A model generated the notes under the pieces. The model ran no database searches, was not told the origin of the DNA, and worked only from the letters and a program-made list of their open reading frames with translations. This document shows, one piece after another, positions 50,522 to 60,281 of a stretch of 64,000 nt of DNA. The stretch is from an uncultured delta proteobacterium. Lineage in GTDB: Bacteria > Myxococcota_A > Polyangia > Fen-1088. Numbering within the stretch: the stretch's first letter is position 1; the number at the start of each line of letters is the position of its first letter. The stretch spans positions 352,001 to 416,000 of the forward strand of contig CAVTRY010000013.1 of the NCBI GenBank assembly GCA_963737265.1, written 5' to 3'. The position numbers and the translations under genes were made by a program.

Positions 50522-50734
50522 CTAGGAGCCTGCCGCGGTAACCCGGACCGAGCGCGGCGGAGCGCAGCCGGGCCGGATATGAGGCGCGACGAGGGCGCGC
50601 CTTGCGGGGAGGGGCAGGGCGGGTGGTGGGTCCCTCGGGCGAATACTCGACGTATTCAACCGACGAGCAACGAAGCAGACGGCCCGGCTCCGCCCGCCAC
50701 GCGACATGGAGTGGTTACCGCGACAGGCTCCTAG
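50522..50734. mobile_element. MITE B (CTAG-flanked)
   Basis: TIR GAGCCTGCCGCGGTAACC / GGTTACCGCGACAGGCTC with CTAG duplicated; removing it restores a nearby stop codon. Confidence 0.85.
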
Positions 50735-53700
50735 TGGCTGATCCCGGCAACAGCGGCCGGCCGAGGGCTTGCTGAGCCACAACATAGCGTTCCAGCGCAG
50801 CCACGGCTTTGGCGCAGTTGGCGTTGGCGAAGTACGAGCGGCCGAGGTAGTAGAGCAATTCGGGCCGCAGCTTGGCGAACTCGGCGTCATCGGCCAGGGG
50901 TTTCAGCTCGTCGATGGCATCGCCGTAAAACTCCGCCTTGTAGTCGAGAAACCCGGTGAGCAGCGAGAAGTCCTTGCCGAGCTTCCCGCCCCAGGTTTGC
51001 TCGGGCCAGTCCTCGACGATCTTGAACGCGCTGGCGTATTTGTTCTTTTCGACCGAGGCCACGATTTGCCCGTATTCCTCGTGCACGCGCGTCGCCACGT
51101 CGGGCGCCAGGCTGGGCGGCACAACCGGCGGCGCAAGACCATCGGACGGGGCCAACGGCACCTCCGGATCGCGATCTTCGCGCGTCGCCACCAAGTCCAG
51201 CAGCAAGCGGGCGTGGGCGACGTCGGGGGTGTCGCCGGCGGCCTCGGCGCGCTTTTGCCAAAGCTTCGCCTCGCGCGCTTTGCCGTGGGCGAGCAGGCTG
51301 CGCGCCAGGTGGGCCATGTCGGATGCACGGGTTTCGCCGTCGTAGCCTTCTACGAGTCCGGTGAGGTGGCCGTACGGCCACATCGGCCCGTAAACCTTGG
51401 CCAGGTAGGGATCGTAGGCCTGGTAGCGCAGAAGGTCGCGCGGGGCTGCGAATTCGATGAGGGCGTTGTCGTCCGTGTTGAGCTGCGCGCCCGCGGTGAA
51501 CGAATGCAGCTCTTCCGGGCCGAGCAGGAGAAATGCAGGAATGTCGTGCGGCGAATTGAACCCCGCGCGTTTTGCCTCGGCTGCGGTCAGCGGGTTTTCG
51601 AAGGCGCGCGCGATTTTGTGGATGTCGAGCTCGATGGGTTTCCGACTGGCGATGAGAATCGTATCCGACGACAGATCCTCGGCGGCGAACACCATCACGT
51701 AGGGAAATTCGTCGGCCAGGGTGCGGTAGATGGCCTTAATGTTCCACGGCGCCATCTCGTAAAGCTGCGCCCACTGGCAGAAGATGCCGTCCTCGGCCAG
51801 ACGTGACTTGACCGATTGGAAATACTCGCGCGTGAAGAGGTTGGACACGCCGGTAATCCACGGGTTGGATGGCTGGCTGATGATGATGTCGTAGAGGTCG
51901 CGGCGCTGGCTGAGAAAGTTGCGACCGTCGCCGGCGATGGCCCGGACATGCGGGTTCTCCGTCGGGCGGTGGTTTACGTCATCGAAGAAGTGCGCGGCGG
52001 CGTAGATGGCGGGTTCCAGCTCGACGACTTCCAGACTGGCGATGGGGTATTGGGTGGTGGCGCCGGCGGTGACGCCCGAGCCGTAGCCGATGAGCGCGAC
52101 CTTGGGCGCATGGTCGTTGTTGTAGAGCAGGAGCGGCAAGAGGCCGACGCTGATCTGGGTCGGCATGTCGGCGTCGTTCGAGGCGTCGACCTTGCCGTTG
52201 TTCTTCATCGAGAAGACCTTGCCCCATTGATCGACCGATACCGTCGTGGCGATGCCGTCCTTGTAATAAACCAGCTTCGGCGTCTGCCACTTCTTCTTCT
52301 GGTGGCGCCGCTCGACCATGTCGATGTAGTCGCGCGCCATGGAAATGCGGAAAAATCCGATGGAAAAGTTGGTCAGGTTCCAGCGCGGCAGCGCCAGCGC
52401 GGCGCAGGCCATGGCAAGGGCGGTCGCCATGCCGAGAATTCGGCGCGCGCGGGGCAGGGCGGGTGCCACGGCGAAAAGCAGAAAGGCCAGCGCGAGGTCG
52501 ACTACGGCGGCGAGATAGATTCCGCGCTGCAGGCCGAGCCCCGGCAAGATGAAGAACCCGGAGAAGAATGATCCGACAATGGCGCCCACGGTATTGAGGG
52601 CGTAGGCGGAGCCGACGTCGCGGCCCACGGTCGCGAGATCGCCGGTCACCACGCGAACCGTGAGCGGGAAAATGCCGCCCATGAGAAAGGTCGAGGGCAG
52701 CACGGTCAGACAGGCGAGGGCGAATTGACAGGTCAGCACCGCATCCGCGCTCACCAAGGTGGACGACAACAGGTAGGTGAACACGAAGGGCAGGCGGTCG
52801 GTGATGATGTAGGACAGCCCGATGCAGGCCACGATGCCGAGGTGGGTAAGCGCCAGCCCGCGCACCGGATTGCGCAAGCGGCCGACCAGACGGCCGAACA
52901 CCGCCGAGCCACTTCCGAGGCCAATGAGAAACGCCAGCAAGATGATGGTGAAGGAGAAAATCGACGAACCGATGATCACGGCCAGGGCGCGCGTCCACAG
53001 CACCTGCAGGGTCATGGCCGTCGCGCCCGACACCGCGAAGGCGAACAAGACCGCGCGACGGGCCGCCGGCGAAATTCGCGCGATGGCAGGGGTGGACGCC
53101 GGTAGCCCTTCCGCCGCCGCGGCAAGCTCGTCGAGGGTTTCGCCCACGGCGCCGGCGGACTTTTTAGGGGCCAGCCGACGTGCGACCAAGATGGCGACGG
53201 CCAGCGATATGTCGAAGCTGGCCGCCACCCGATTGGTGCTGCGCACGCCCACCATGGGCAAAAAGATGAAGCCGGCCAGGAACGTCCCGGCCACCGCGCC
53301 AAACAGGTTCACCGCGTAAAGCGTCCCCAAGCGCAGGCTTACGCGACCGAGCTCGAACGGCCGCGACACGAAATAGCGGGCCAGAATCGGCAGCGTGGCC
53401 CCCATCAGCGTCGTCGGCACGATGAGCAGGCCCGCCGACGCAAAGAAGCGCAGGATGGAAAGCAGGGTGTAGCGGTCGCCGAAGGTCGACCACAGCCACT
53501 GGTTGAGCGCCGGGTAGTAGCCGATGATCCACGGCACCGAAAGCGCGTAGATGCCGATGGCGGCCTCGGCCATGGCGTAGGCGCGCACGGGATCCTTGAG
53601 TCGGTCGCTGAATTTGCCCGCCAGATAGGAGCCGAGGCCGAGCCCTCCCATGTAGGCGGTCAGCACGGTCGACACGGCCAGGGCCGTCGAGCCGAAGACC

Positions 53701-53786
53701 AGGGTCAACATGCGCGTCCAGAGCAGCTCGAGAATCAGGCCCGAAGCTCCGGAAAGAAAGAAGCAGGAAAGCACGACGGATGGCAT
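50715..53786 (-). CDS. Fused membrane domain/spermidine-synthase-like methyltransferase with TPR tail
   Basis: SGASGLILELLWTR TM repeats; IGYGSGVT, VELEP, GDGRNFL, YDIIISQPSNPW. Confidence 0.9.
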   Translation of the reverse strand: MPSVVLSCFFLSGASGLILELLWTRMLTLVFGSTALAVSTVLTAYMGGLGLGSYLAGKFSDRLKDPVRAYAMAEAAIGIYALSVPWIIGYYPALNQWLWSTFGDRYTLLSILRFFASAGLLIVPTTLMGATLPILARYFVSRPFELGRVSLRLGTLYAVNLFGAVAGTFLAGFIFLPMVGVRSTNRVAASFDISLAVAILVARRLAPKKSAGAVGETLDELAAAAEGLPASTPAIARISPAARRAVLFAFAVSGATAMTLQVLWTRALAVIIGSSIFSFTIILLAFLIGLGSGSAVFGRLVGRLRNPVRGLALTHLGIVACIGLSYIITDRLPFVFTYLLSSTLVSADAVLTCQFALACLTVLPSTFLMGGIFPLTVRVVTGDLATVGRDVGSAYALNTVGAIVGSFFSGFFILPGLGLQRGIYLAAVVDLALAFLLFAVAPALPRARRILGMATALAMACAALALPRWNLTNFSIGFFRISMARDYIDMVERRHQKKKWQTPKLVYYKDGIATTVSVDQWGKVFSMKNNGKVDASNDADMPTQISVGLLPLLLYNNDHAPKVALIGYGSGVTAGATTQYPIASLEVVELEPAIYAAAHFFDDVNHRPTENPHVRAIAGDGRNFLSQRRDLYDIIISQPSNPWITGVSNLFTREYFQSVKSRLAEDGIFCQWAQLYEMAPWNIKAIYRTLADEFPYVMVFAAEDLSSDTILIASRKPIELDIHKIARAFENPLTAAEAKRAGFNSPHDIPAFLLLGPEELHSFTAGAQLNTDDNALIEFAAPRDLLRYQAYDPYLAKVYGPMWPYGHLTGLVEGYDGETRASDMAHLARSLLAHGKAREAKLWQKRAEAAGDTPDVAHARLLLDLVATREDRDPEVPLAPSDGLAPPVVPPSLAPDVATRVHEEYGQIVASVEKNKYASAFKIVEDWPEQTWGGKLGKDFSLLTGFLDYKAEFYGDAIDELKPLADDAEFAKLRPELLYYLGRSYFANANCAKAVAALERYVVAQQALGRPLLPGSATRSLSR

Positions 53787-53862
53787 GACCTGGGGCGTGC
53801 TTCTAACACGAGCGCAGTTGTTCCCGGCGACGGCGCATGCTTGATGCTATAGTCGTCTGCCG

Positions 53863-54600
53863 ATGCGCTACGGCATCCTTTCCGACACACACGCGAACAT
53901 CGAGGCATTGGAGGCGGTACTCAAGGCCTATGGATCCGAACGCGTGGATAAATTCATCTGCCTCGGGGACACCGTCGGCTATGGCGCCAGCCCCAACGAA
54001 GCGTGCAAGCTCATGCGCGCGACGGCGGCGCAAACCGTGCTCGGCAACCACGACGCCGCCGTGGCCGGCCGCATGGACTATTCCTACTACTATCACGCCG
54101 CCCGCTTCGCCCTCGACAAGCACGCCCAGATGCTCGAACCCGAAAACATGGCGTGGTTGAAGTCGCTGCCCTACGAATTTCGCGAGAATGGCGTGCTCTT
54201 CTGCCACGGCTCGCCCATCAGCGTGGAGGAATTCGACTACATCTTCGCGCGCGACCAAGCGGCCCAGTGCCTTGGCATCTGGGAACGTCTACCGCAGCTC
54301 ACGCTGATCGGGCATTCGCACCTGTGCAAGGCGTTCGCCATCAACCCCCAGCACCAGGGCTCGCAGGAAGTCGTGACCCAGCGGTTCCAGTTGCGCGACG
54401 GATGGAAGTACATCATCAGCGTCGGGTCGGTCGGCCAGCCACGCGATTTCGACCCGCGCGCCAGCTACACGCTCTACGATACGGACAGCAAGACCTTCGA
54501 ATTCAAACGCGTCGAGTACGATACCAAGGCCTCGGCGGGCAAGATCCTGGCGTCCGACCTGGAGCCGAACTTCGGGACGCGCCTGTTCCTGGGAATCTGA
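53863..54600 (+). CDS. Metallophosphoesterase family protein
   Basis: SDTHAN, LGDTVGYG, GNHD, GHSH, GSVGQPRD. Confidence 0.92.
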   Translation: MRYGILSDTHANIEALEAVLKAYGSERVDKFICLGDTVGYGASPNEACKLMRATAAQTVLGNHDAAVAGRMDYSYYYHAARFALDKHAQMLEPENMAWLKSLPYEFRENGVLFCHGSPISVEEFDYIFARDQAAQCLGIWERLPQLTLIGHSHLCKAFAINPQHQGSQEVVTQRFQLRDGWKYIISVGSVGQPRDFDPRASYTLYDTDSKTFEFKRVEYDTKASAGKILASDLEPNFGTRLFLGI

Positions 54601-54604
54601 GAAG

Positions 54605-56032
54605 TTACGGTTTCGGTGCGGTGACGTCGGTCCCGGTGGCGCGAGTGAGGGCCGCGGCAGCGATGTTGTAGTCGTAGGTGCTTTGCAAGAAGCGAACGCG
54701 GGCCTGGAAGAAGGCAATGAGCGCGTCGGAAAAGTCCTTGGCCTCGCTCACCCCGACCGCGATGTTCTGGGCGACGGCGGCAATCCACTGCCGGCCGGCC
54801 TTTTCGCCCTTTTGCATGACCTTGGTGCGCTTGCCCGCTTCCATCAGCTCGGTGTGCGCCTTTTCGACCTCGAAGGCGATTCCGCCCAGGGCCTCACGAC
54901 GCCTCTGCTCGGCTTCCCGGGCCTCGGCGTGCAGCTTGGCGGCATGCGCGTTCTTCACGCCGAGGTCGAGCGGCATGTGGAATCCAGCCGCGATGCCGGC
55001 GCCCAGCGAGTGAAAAGGGTCGTTCAGATACGCGTTCTGGGGCGTGTCGACGCTGCTGGCATAGGCGTATGCCGCGGTTCCGATGAGCACGATGTCCGGG
55101 TACTGCCGCCGCGACTCCAATTCGGCCAAGGCAAGCTTGGCCGCCACCATGTGGTCGAGCGCCTTGACCTCCGGCCTCGACTCATGGGCCTGGTCTTCGT
55201 ACTGCTGCAAGGAACGTTCGGTCACGGTCACGGTTTCCAGCCGATCCGCGTCCACGTCGAGGTCGGTGGGTGCCTCCGGTCCGATGAGCGCGCGTAGGCC
55301 GCTGCGCGCCAGATCCGCCCCGCGTTGCGCCTCCAGGATTCTTCCGTCGATGTCGGCGCGCATGGTGCGCAGGCGCAGGCGGTCGGTGACGGACGCGTCT
55401 CCGGTTCCTTCCGCCAGCTCGTCCTCGATCTTCTTCTGCGCTTGGTCCAAGTAGTTGCTGGCTTCGTTGAGCGTGGACAGAATTTCCGTCGCCAGCTTGG
55501 CGCCCCAGTACGCCTTGCGCACGTTGAGCTCGAGATCCGCCACCATTCCGAACTGCCGGCTTTGCGAAGCCTTCACGCCCGATTCGGCGGCGGCCACTCC
55601 GGCGGAGAGCTTGCCGAAGGTGTAAATGGGCTGCACCAACTTTAGCTCGGTGCGGGTGAAAATACCGGCCGGCGTGATGGCGTTGAGGAAACCCGACGAA
55701 TTGGTCCCGATGGATTGCGTTTGCACGCAGTTCTGCTCACCGGTGAGGAGCCTCCCTTCAGAATCTTTTGCCGCCGTCTCGCCAGTGCAGGAGATGCGCG
55801 GCGCTTGGGCAAAAAGCGAGTTGAGCTCGCCCGTGGGCATCCAGCTCCGCTTCGCCTCGAGCAGCTGGGCTTCGATGCCGGCCGTGGCTTGCTCGCCCGC
55901 GGCCAGGCCGGGATTTCCCTTTCTCGCCAGATCGAGAATCTCGTCGAGCTTGTACGGTTTCGCCTGCGCCCAATCGGGCTGGCACAATCCAAACACTAGG
56001 AATGCGGTGGCAGCTAGCTGTTGCTTCATCAT
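54605..56032 (-). CDS. TolC-family outer-membrane protein
   Basis: Signal peptide, QPIYTFGK, RPEV, helical repeats, LTRATG end. Confidence 0.9.
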   Translation of the reverse strand: MMKQQLAATAFLVFGLCQPDWAQAKPYKLDEILDLARKGNPGLAAGEQATAGIEAQLLEAKRSWMPTGELNSLFAQAPRISCTGETAAKDSEGRLLTGEQNCVQTQSIGTNSSGFLNAITPAGIFTRTELKLVQPIYTFGKLSAGVAAAESGVKASQSRQFGMVADLELNVRKAYWGAKLATEILSTLNEASNYLDQAQKKIEDELAEGTGDASVTDRLRLRTMRADIDGRILEAQRGADLARSGLRALIGPEAPTDLDVDADRLETVTVTERSLQQYEDQAHESRPEVKALDHMVAAKLALAELESRRQYPDIVLIGTAAYAYASSVDTPQNAYLNDPFHSLGAGIAAGFHMPLDLGVKNAHAAKLHAEAREAEQRRREALGGIAFEVEKAHTELMEAGKRTKVMQKGEKAGRQWIAAVAQNIAVGVSEAKDFSDALIAFFQARVRFLQSTYDYNIAAAALTRATGTDVTAPKP

Positions 56033-56094
56033 GGTGAGTCGCAGGGTGTTTCGCGTTTGACCCAGAGGGAGTCACATGATACCGCAAACCAACG

Positions 56095-56616
56095 ATGAAA
56101 AGCCCGGTGGAGAATAGGCACACGGTGGCCGCGTCGCGGGTCGAGACGGCCCAGGCCGTGCTGCCGGGACATACGAATACCATGGGCACGCTGTTCGGCG
56201 GCCTTCTGATGCAATGGATCGACGTGGCGGCGGCGATTTCGGCCTCGCGCCATGCCCGCGGCCCGGTGGTGACCGCGTCCATGGACCGACTGCATTTTCT
56301 GCGGCCGGTGCGCCTCGAAGAATTCGTGATCGTTCGCGCCGAGGTCAGCTTCACGGCGCGCACGTCGCTGGAGGTCGAGGTGGATGTGCTGTCGGAAAAT
56401 ACCTGGACCGGCGAACGCGCCGCGACCACCCACGCACTGCTGACCTTCGTCGCCGTCGACGAACAAGGGCAGCCGCGCCCCGTGCCCAAGCTGCATCTCG
56501 AAACCGCCTCCGAACGGCGGCGTTTCAAGCAGGCCGCCGCTCGCCGGGCAGTCCGCCTGCGGGAACGCGCGGATCTCGAACGCAGTCGCGCGCATCGAAG
56601 GAGCAACCATGTCTGA
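56095..56616 (+). CDS. Acyl-CoA thioesterase (hotdog fold)
   Basis: HTNTMGTLFGG..MQWID, VVTASMD, LTFVAVD. Confidence 0.93.
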   Translation: MKSPVENRHTVAASRVETAQAVLPGHTNTMGTLFGGLLMQWIDVAAAISASRHARGPVVTASMDRLHFLRPVRLEEFVIVRAEVSFTARTSLEVEVDVLSENTWTGERAATTHALLTFVAVDEQGQPRPVPKLHLETASERRRFKQAAARRAVRLRERADLERSRAHRRSNHV

Positions 56617-57595
56617 CCATTCTGAATTGCAGGCGATGCGCGCATCGGCTGTGCTGGCCGGCGGCGCCGGTCACGACGTTCTCCGCGCCACCGGCAACGA
56701 CCGGGTGAGCTTCCTGCACCGGATCACGTCCGGCAAGGTCGCCGGGACGGAGCCGGGCCAGGGCTGCCGTACGCTGTTGCTCGACGTGCGTGGACGCGTC
56801 CTGGCTAGCCTGCTGGTGTTCGTGCGCGGCAAGAGTGTCCGCCTCATAGCCCCCGGCGGGCAGGGCGCGGACGTCGTGGCCGGCCTTTCCAAGTACGCCA
56901 TCATGGATGACTTCCAGATCGTCCTCGAACCTGAGCTGGCCACGCTGGCCGTGCTGGGCCCGCAGGCAGCTCGCGCGCTAGCCGACGTGGGCGTGTCCAC
57001 GCCTTTGTCGCTGCTCGAGGCACCGCTTTACGCTCACACGGAAGTCGCCAGCGAGTCGTACGGCCCGCTTTGGATCGCGCACGGGCGCGTCAGCGGGGCG
57101 GATGGTTTGTGCGTGGTCGCCGGCAAGGTCGCGCGCGACGCCTTGGCCCAGGCGCTGCTGGATCGAGGCATGCCCCGGCTGTCGCAGGAGCTCGCCGAAG
57201 CCCTGCGCATTGTCGCGATGGAACCTAAGCCAGGAAACGAAATCACGCCGGACCGATTTCCTGTCGAGATCGGCCTCGGCGCGGCCATCGACCACAACAA
57301 GGGCTGCTACGTCGGCCAGGAAACCATCGTGCGCATGCGCGACCGCGGAATCATCCGCAAGCGGCTGGTGCTGTTGCGCTTGGCTGGTGAAACGACGCCC
57401 GATCCCTGCGACAAGCTGGTGGCGCAAGCTCAGCCCGTCGGCCAGATCACCAGCGTCGGTTGCCTACCCGGCGATAAGCCCGTGGCACTCGCCATCCTGG
57501 CCGCGGCGATACCCGTTGGAGCCACGGTCCAGATTCAACATGCGGATGCGCCGCTGGACGCCGACGTTGGCGCGGAATCGCCCCCCTGGGGCTAG
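56609..57595 (+). CDS. ygfZ: YgfZ/GcvT folate-binding protein
   Basis: KGCYVGQE signature. Confidence 0.92.
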   Translation: MSDHSELQAMRASAVLAGGAGHDVLRATGNDRVSFLHRITSGKVAGTEPGQGCRTLLLDVRGRVLASLLVFVRGKSVRLIAPGGQGADVVAGLSKYAIMDDFQIVLEPELATLAVLGPQAARALADVGVSTPLSLLEAPLYAHTEVASESYGPLWIAHGRVSGADGLCVVAGKVARDALAQALLDRGMPRLSQELAEALRIVAMEPKPGNEITPDRFPVEIGLGAAIDHNKGCYVGQETIVRMRDRGIIRKRLVLLRLAGETTPDPCDKLVAQAQPVGQITSVGCLPGDKPVALAILAAAIPVGATVQIQHADAPLDADVGAESPPWG

Positions 57596-57645
57596 AAACG
57601 GGTTGACTCCCGTCGTGAATTTTCGCGTTCCGGAATCTAGTTCCG

Positions 57646-57960
57646 TCAGTCGTCCAGTTTCCGTGTCGTGCGGCTCTTGCGCGCAAACCAACCGACCATA
57701 GCCACGAGCGCGAAAAGAATGGCCGGTGATGTCGATCGGTCGTTCAAACGAGCCGTAGTCAGGCGGCATGCGCACCCTCCTGAAGTACTATTTGCGGAGC
57801 TGGTCACGCCGCCGATTTCGGTGGTGCCGCCGGTCCCGGTCGCGCTGTTCGTGCCGCCGGAGCCCAGCTTGCCAGCGCTTTAGGTCGTGCCGATAGGTTG
57901 AGAGAAGATCGACGTGTACGTGACTGTAGTTGACGTAATGTTTTTATCAGGCATTGAAAG
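57646..57960 (-). pseudogene. C-terminal remnant of a MYXO-CTERM-sorted protein
   Basis: Gly/Thr linker, GGCACR, hydrophobic stretch, basic tail; in-frame TAA at 57880. Confidence 0.6.
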
Positions 57961-58077
57961 CAAAGTGGCGCTCGAATGGACCATCGCCACTATGTCGACG
58001 ATTTCCTCGCGGACTGGCAACTTTTCCCAGCCAGTAGTGTTAAGATACCCTTGGCTTTCATCCATGGGAGCGAATTA

Positions 58078-59523
58078 ATGAAGCGGAACGCGATTTCTGT
58101 TTTCGGTATGGGAGTACTTCTGACGTTTGGACTGCTCGCACCCGGTTGCGGAAGCAGCTTCGGTGGAAGCCCAGGTTCAGGCGGTGTCACCAGCACGGGC
58201 GGCAATTTCCTCTCGGGAGGAAGCACCAGCGCAGGCGGCAGCGGGAGCGGCGGTACGGTCGGATTGGGCGGCGTAAGTGGCAGCGGTGGCACATTGTCGT
58301 CAGGCGGTGTCGGCTCGGGCGGTACAACGGCCAGAGGCGGCAGCACGGGGAGCGGTGGAACATCGACTGGTGGCGTGGCAAGTGGCGGCACGATTGGCAG
58401 TGGCGGCACGATTGGCAGTGGCGGCACGATTGGCAGTGGCGGCACGATTGGCAGTGGCGGCTCGGTTGCATCAGGCGGGACCACGGCCAGGGGCGGGGCC
58501 AGTGGCGGTGCGGGCGGGGCAGCCGGAAGCCCCGGCACAGGTGGTTCGACGGTCGCCAGCGGCGGCTCGACGGCGACCGGTGGCTCGGGCGGTGTTTCGG
58601 TCGTGCAATGTGGCCTTCCGGCAATCGGCAGTGGCAACGTGGCAAAGCCAGCCGGAGCTGCAGGCAATCTCAAGGTCATCAATTGGGCTGGATTCCAAGG
58701 CGCCGTCAGTTACACCTTCGACGACGCCAACCAGACGCAAATTGACAATTACCCCACGCTCAATGGGCTTGGCGCTCACATGACATTCTACCTGATCACG
58801 AGCAAGAGCACGATGTCGAGCAGCGTTTGGCCGCAAGCGGTGAAAGACGGACACGAACTGGGCAACCACAGCCAAACTCACCCACAGATCGCCACCGCCG
58901 CTGAAATCGATGGGGCCACGGCATTTATCGAACAGCACTTTGGCGTAACGCCCTACACCATGGCCGCGCCATACGGTGACCCGAGCTACGAGCCATTTGC
59001 AAAGACACGGTTCCTCATCAATCGTGGCGTCAGCAATGCGCTAATCATGCCCAACGACAACACCGACCCATGGAATTTGTCTTGTTACATTCCGCCGGCT
59101 GGAGCACTCGCGAGCGCCTTCAACGCGCAAATCGATTCGGCGCAATCGGGCGGTGGGTGGCGGGTGGTCCTGGTCCACGGCTTCACCGGTGGAACCGATG
59201 GCGCCTATCAACCGGTCGCCATCGCGGAATTCGCGTCGGGCGTTACGCACGCCAAGTCTCTCGGCAACATGTGGCTCGACAGTGTCGAGAACGTGGGTTC
59301 TTATTGGGTTGCACAAAAGCTGATTTCGTCGACCGTCGCAAGCACATCGGGCAGCGACAAGACGTGGACCTGGACGCTCCCCAGTAACTTCCCTCCGGGA
59401 AAATGCGTCCGTGTCACCGTCGACGGAGGCACCCTCAAGCAGGGCGGCGCCACGCTTACCTGGAGCCCCAACGGTTACTACGAGGTCTCCCTGGATTCGG
59501 GCGCGCTCACCTTGTCGCCCTGA
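58078..59523 (+). CDS. Polysaccharide deacetylase (NodB/CE4-like) lipoprotein
   Basis: YTFDD, GHELGNHSQTH, APYG; lipobox APGC; GGTIGS repeats. Confidence 0.88.
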   Translation: MKRNAISVFGMGVLLTFGLLAPGCGSSFGGSPGSGGVTSTGGNFLSGGSTSAGGSGSGGTVGLGGVSGSGGTLSSGGVGSGGTTARGGSTGSGGTSTGGVASGGTIGSGGTIGSGGTIGSGGTIGSGGSVASGGTTARGGASGGAGGAAGSPGTGGSTVASGGSTATGGSGGVSVVQCGLPAIGSGNVAKPAGAAGNLKVINWAGFQGAVSYTFDDANQTQIDNYPTLNGLGAHMTFYLITSKSTMSSSVWPQAVKDGHELGNHSQTHPQIATAAEIDGATAFIEQHFGVTPYTMAAPYGDPSYEPFAKTRFLINRGVSNALIMPNDNTDPWNLSCYIPPAGALASAFNAQIDSAQSGGGWRVVLVHGFTGGTDGAYQPVAIAEFASGVTHAKSLGNMWLDSVENVGSYWVAQKLISSTVASTSGSDKTWTWTLPSNFPPGKCVRVTVDGGTLKQGGATLTWSPNGYYEVSLDSGALTLSP

Positions 59524-59705
59524 CCTGAAACTACCTCAAGAGCGAGTGCCTCGAACGGATGGTGCCACTGCGCGAAGGGCATTTGCGACGGAAATTTCGG
59601 AATACATGGCTCACCACCGCTGTGGGTGCCTCCCTGAAACAGGGGCCCCAGCCGGGGGCTCGGTGAGGTAGCAACTTCTGGCGGAGTGCCGCCGAAAACG
59701 CAGAT

Positions 59706-60125
59706 ATGGAACAGCGAGGAACGGAGAAACAGAGACAGGATGACTTTACTGGGCAAATTATCGCCGCCTGCATCGAAGTCCACCGTCACCTCGGTCCCGG
59801 GCTGCTTGAGTCGGCCTACGAGCACTGCCTGGCGCGCGAGCTAGGCCTGCGTGGATTTCGCACGCAACGTCAGGTCGCGATTTCTCTGCAGTACAAAGGC
59901 ATTGACCTCGACTGCGGCTATCGCCTCGACCTCATGGTGGAAGGCCGTTTGGTCGTCGAAGTCAAGGCGGTAGAGCAGTTGCTTCCTGTCCACTTGGCAC
60001 AGTCATTACCTATCTCATGCCGGTGGGCCTGCTCGTCAATTTCCACGTCCCCGTACTTCGCGAGGGTCTCCGCCGCCTCGTCAACCCAACCCGTGATTCC
60101 TCTGGTCCTCCGTTCCTCCCTGTTT
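59706..60125 (+). pseudogene. GxxExxY protein, frameshifted near 60003
   Basis: LGPGLLESAY, RLDLMVE, VEVKAV, then GLLVNF in another frame; 3' end uncertain. Confidence 0.85.
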
Positions 60126-60281
60126 TTCCCTCCGATCCCACCTGCGCGGGGCGAGGTGAAGCCACAGCCCCCATTTCAGGGAAGCACCCCACCGCTGTTG
60201 CGCGCTTCCCTTTCTCAACCGTGATCGCTACACTGTTGATCCGATCGCGACAGTCGACTTTACGAGACAAGGAGAACGACC

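Noticed and set aside
58377-58460. 18-bp tandem repeats (also near 60410-60530 and 62700-62830)
   Set aside because: In-frame Gly-rich linker coding repeats, not independent elements
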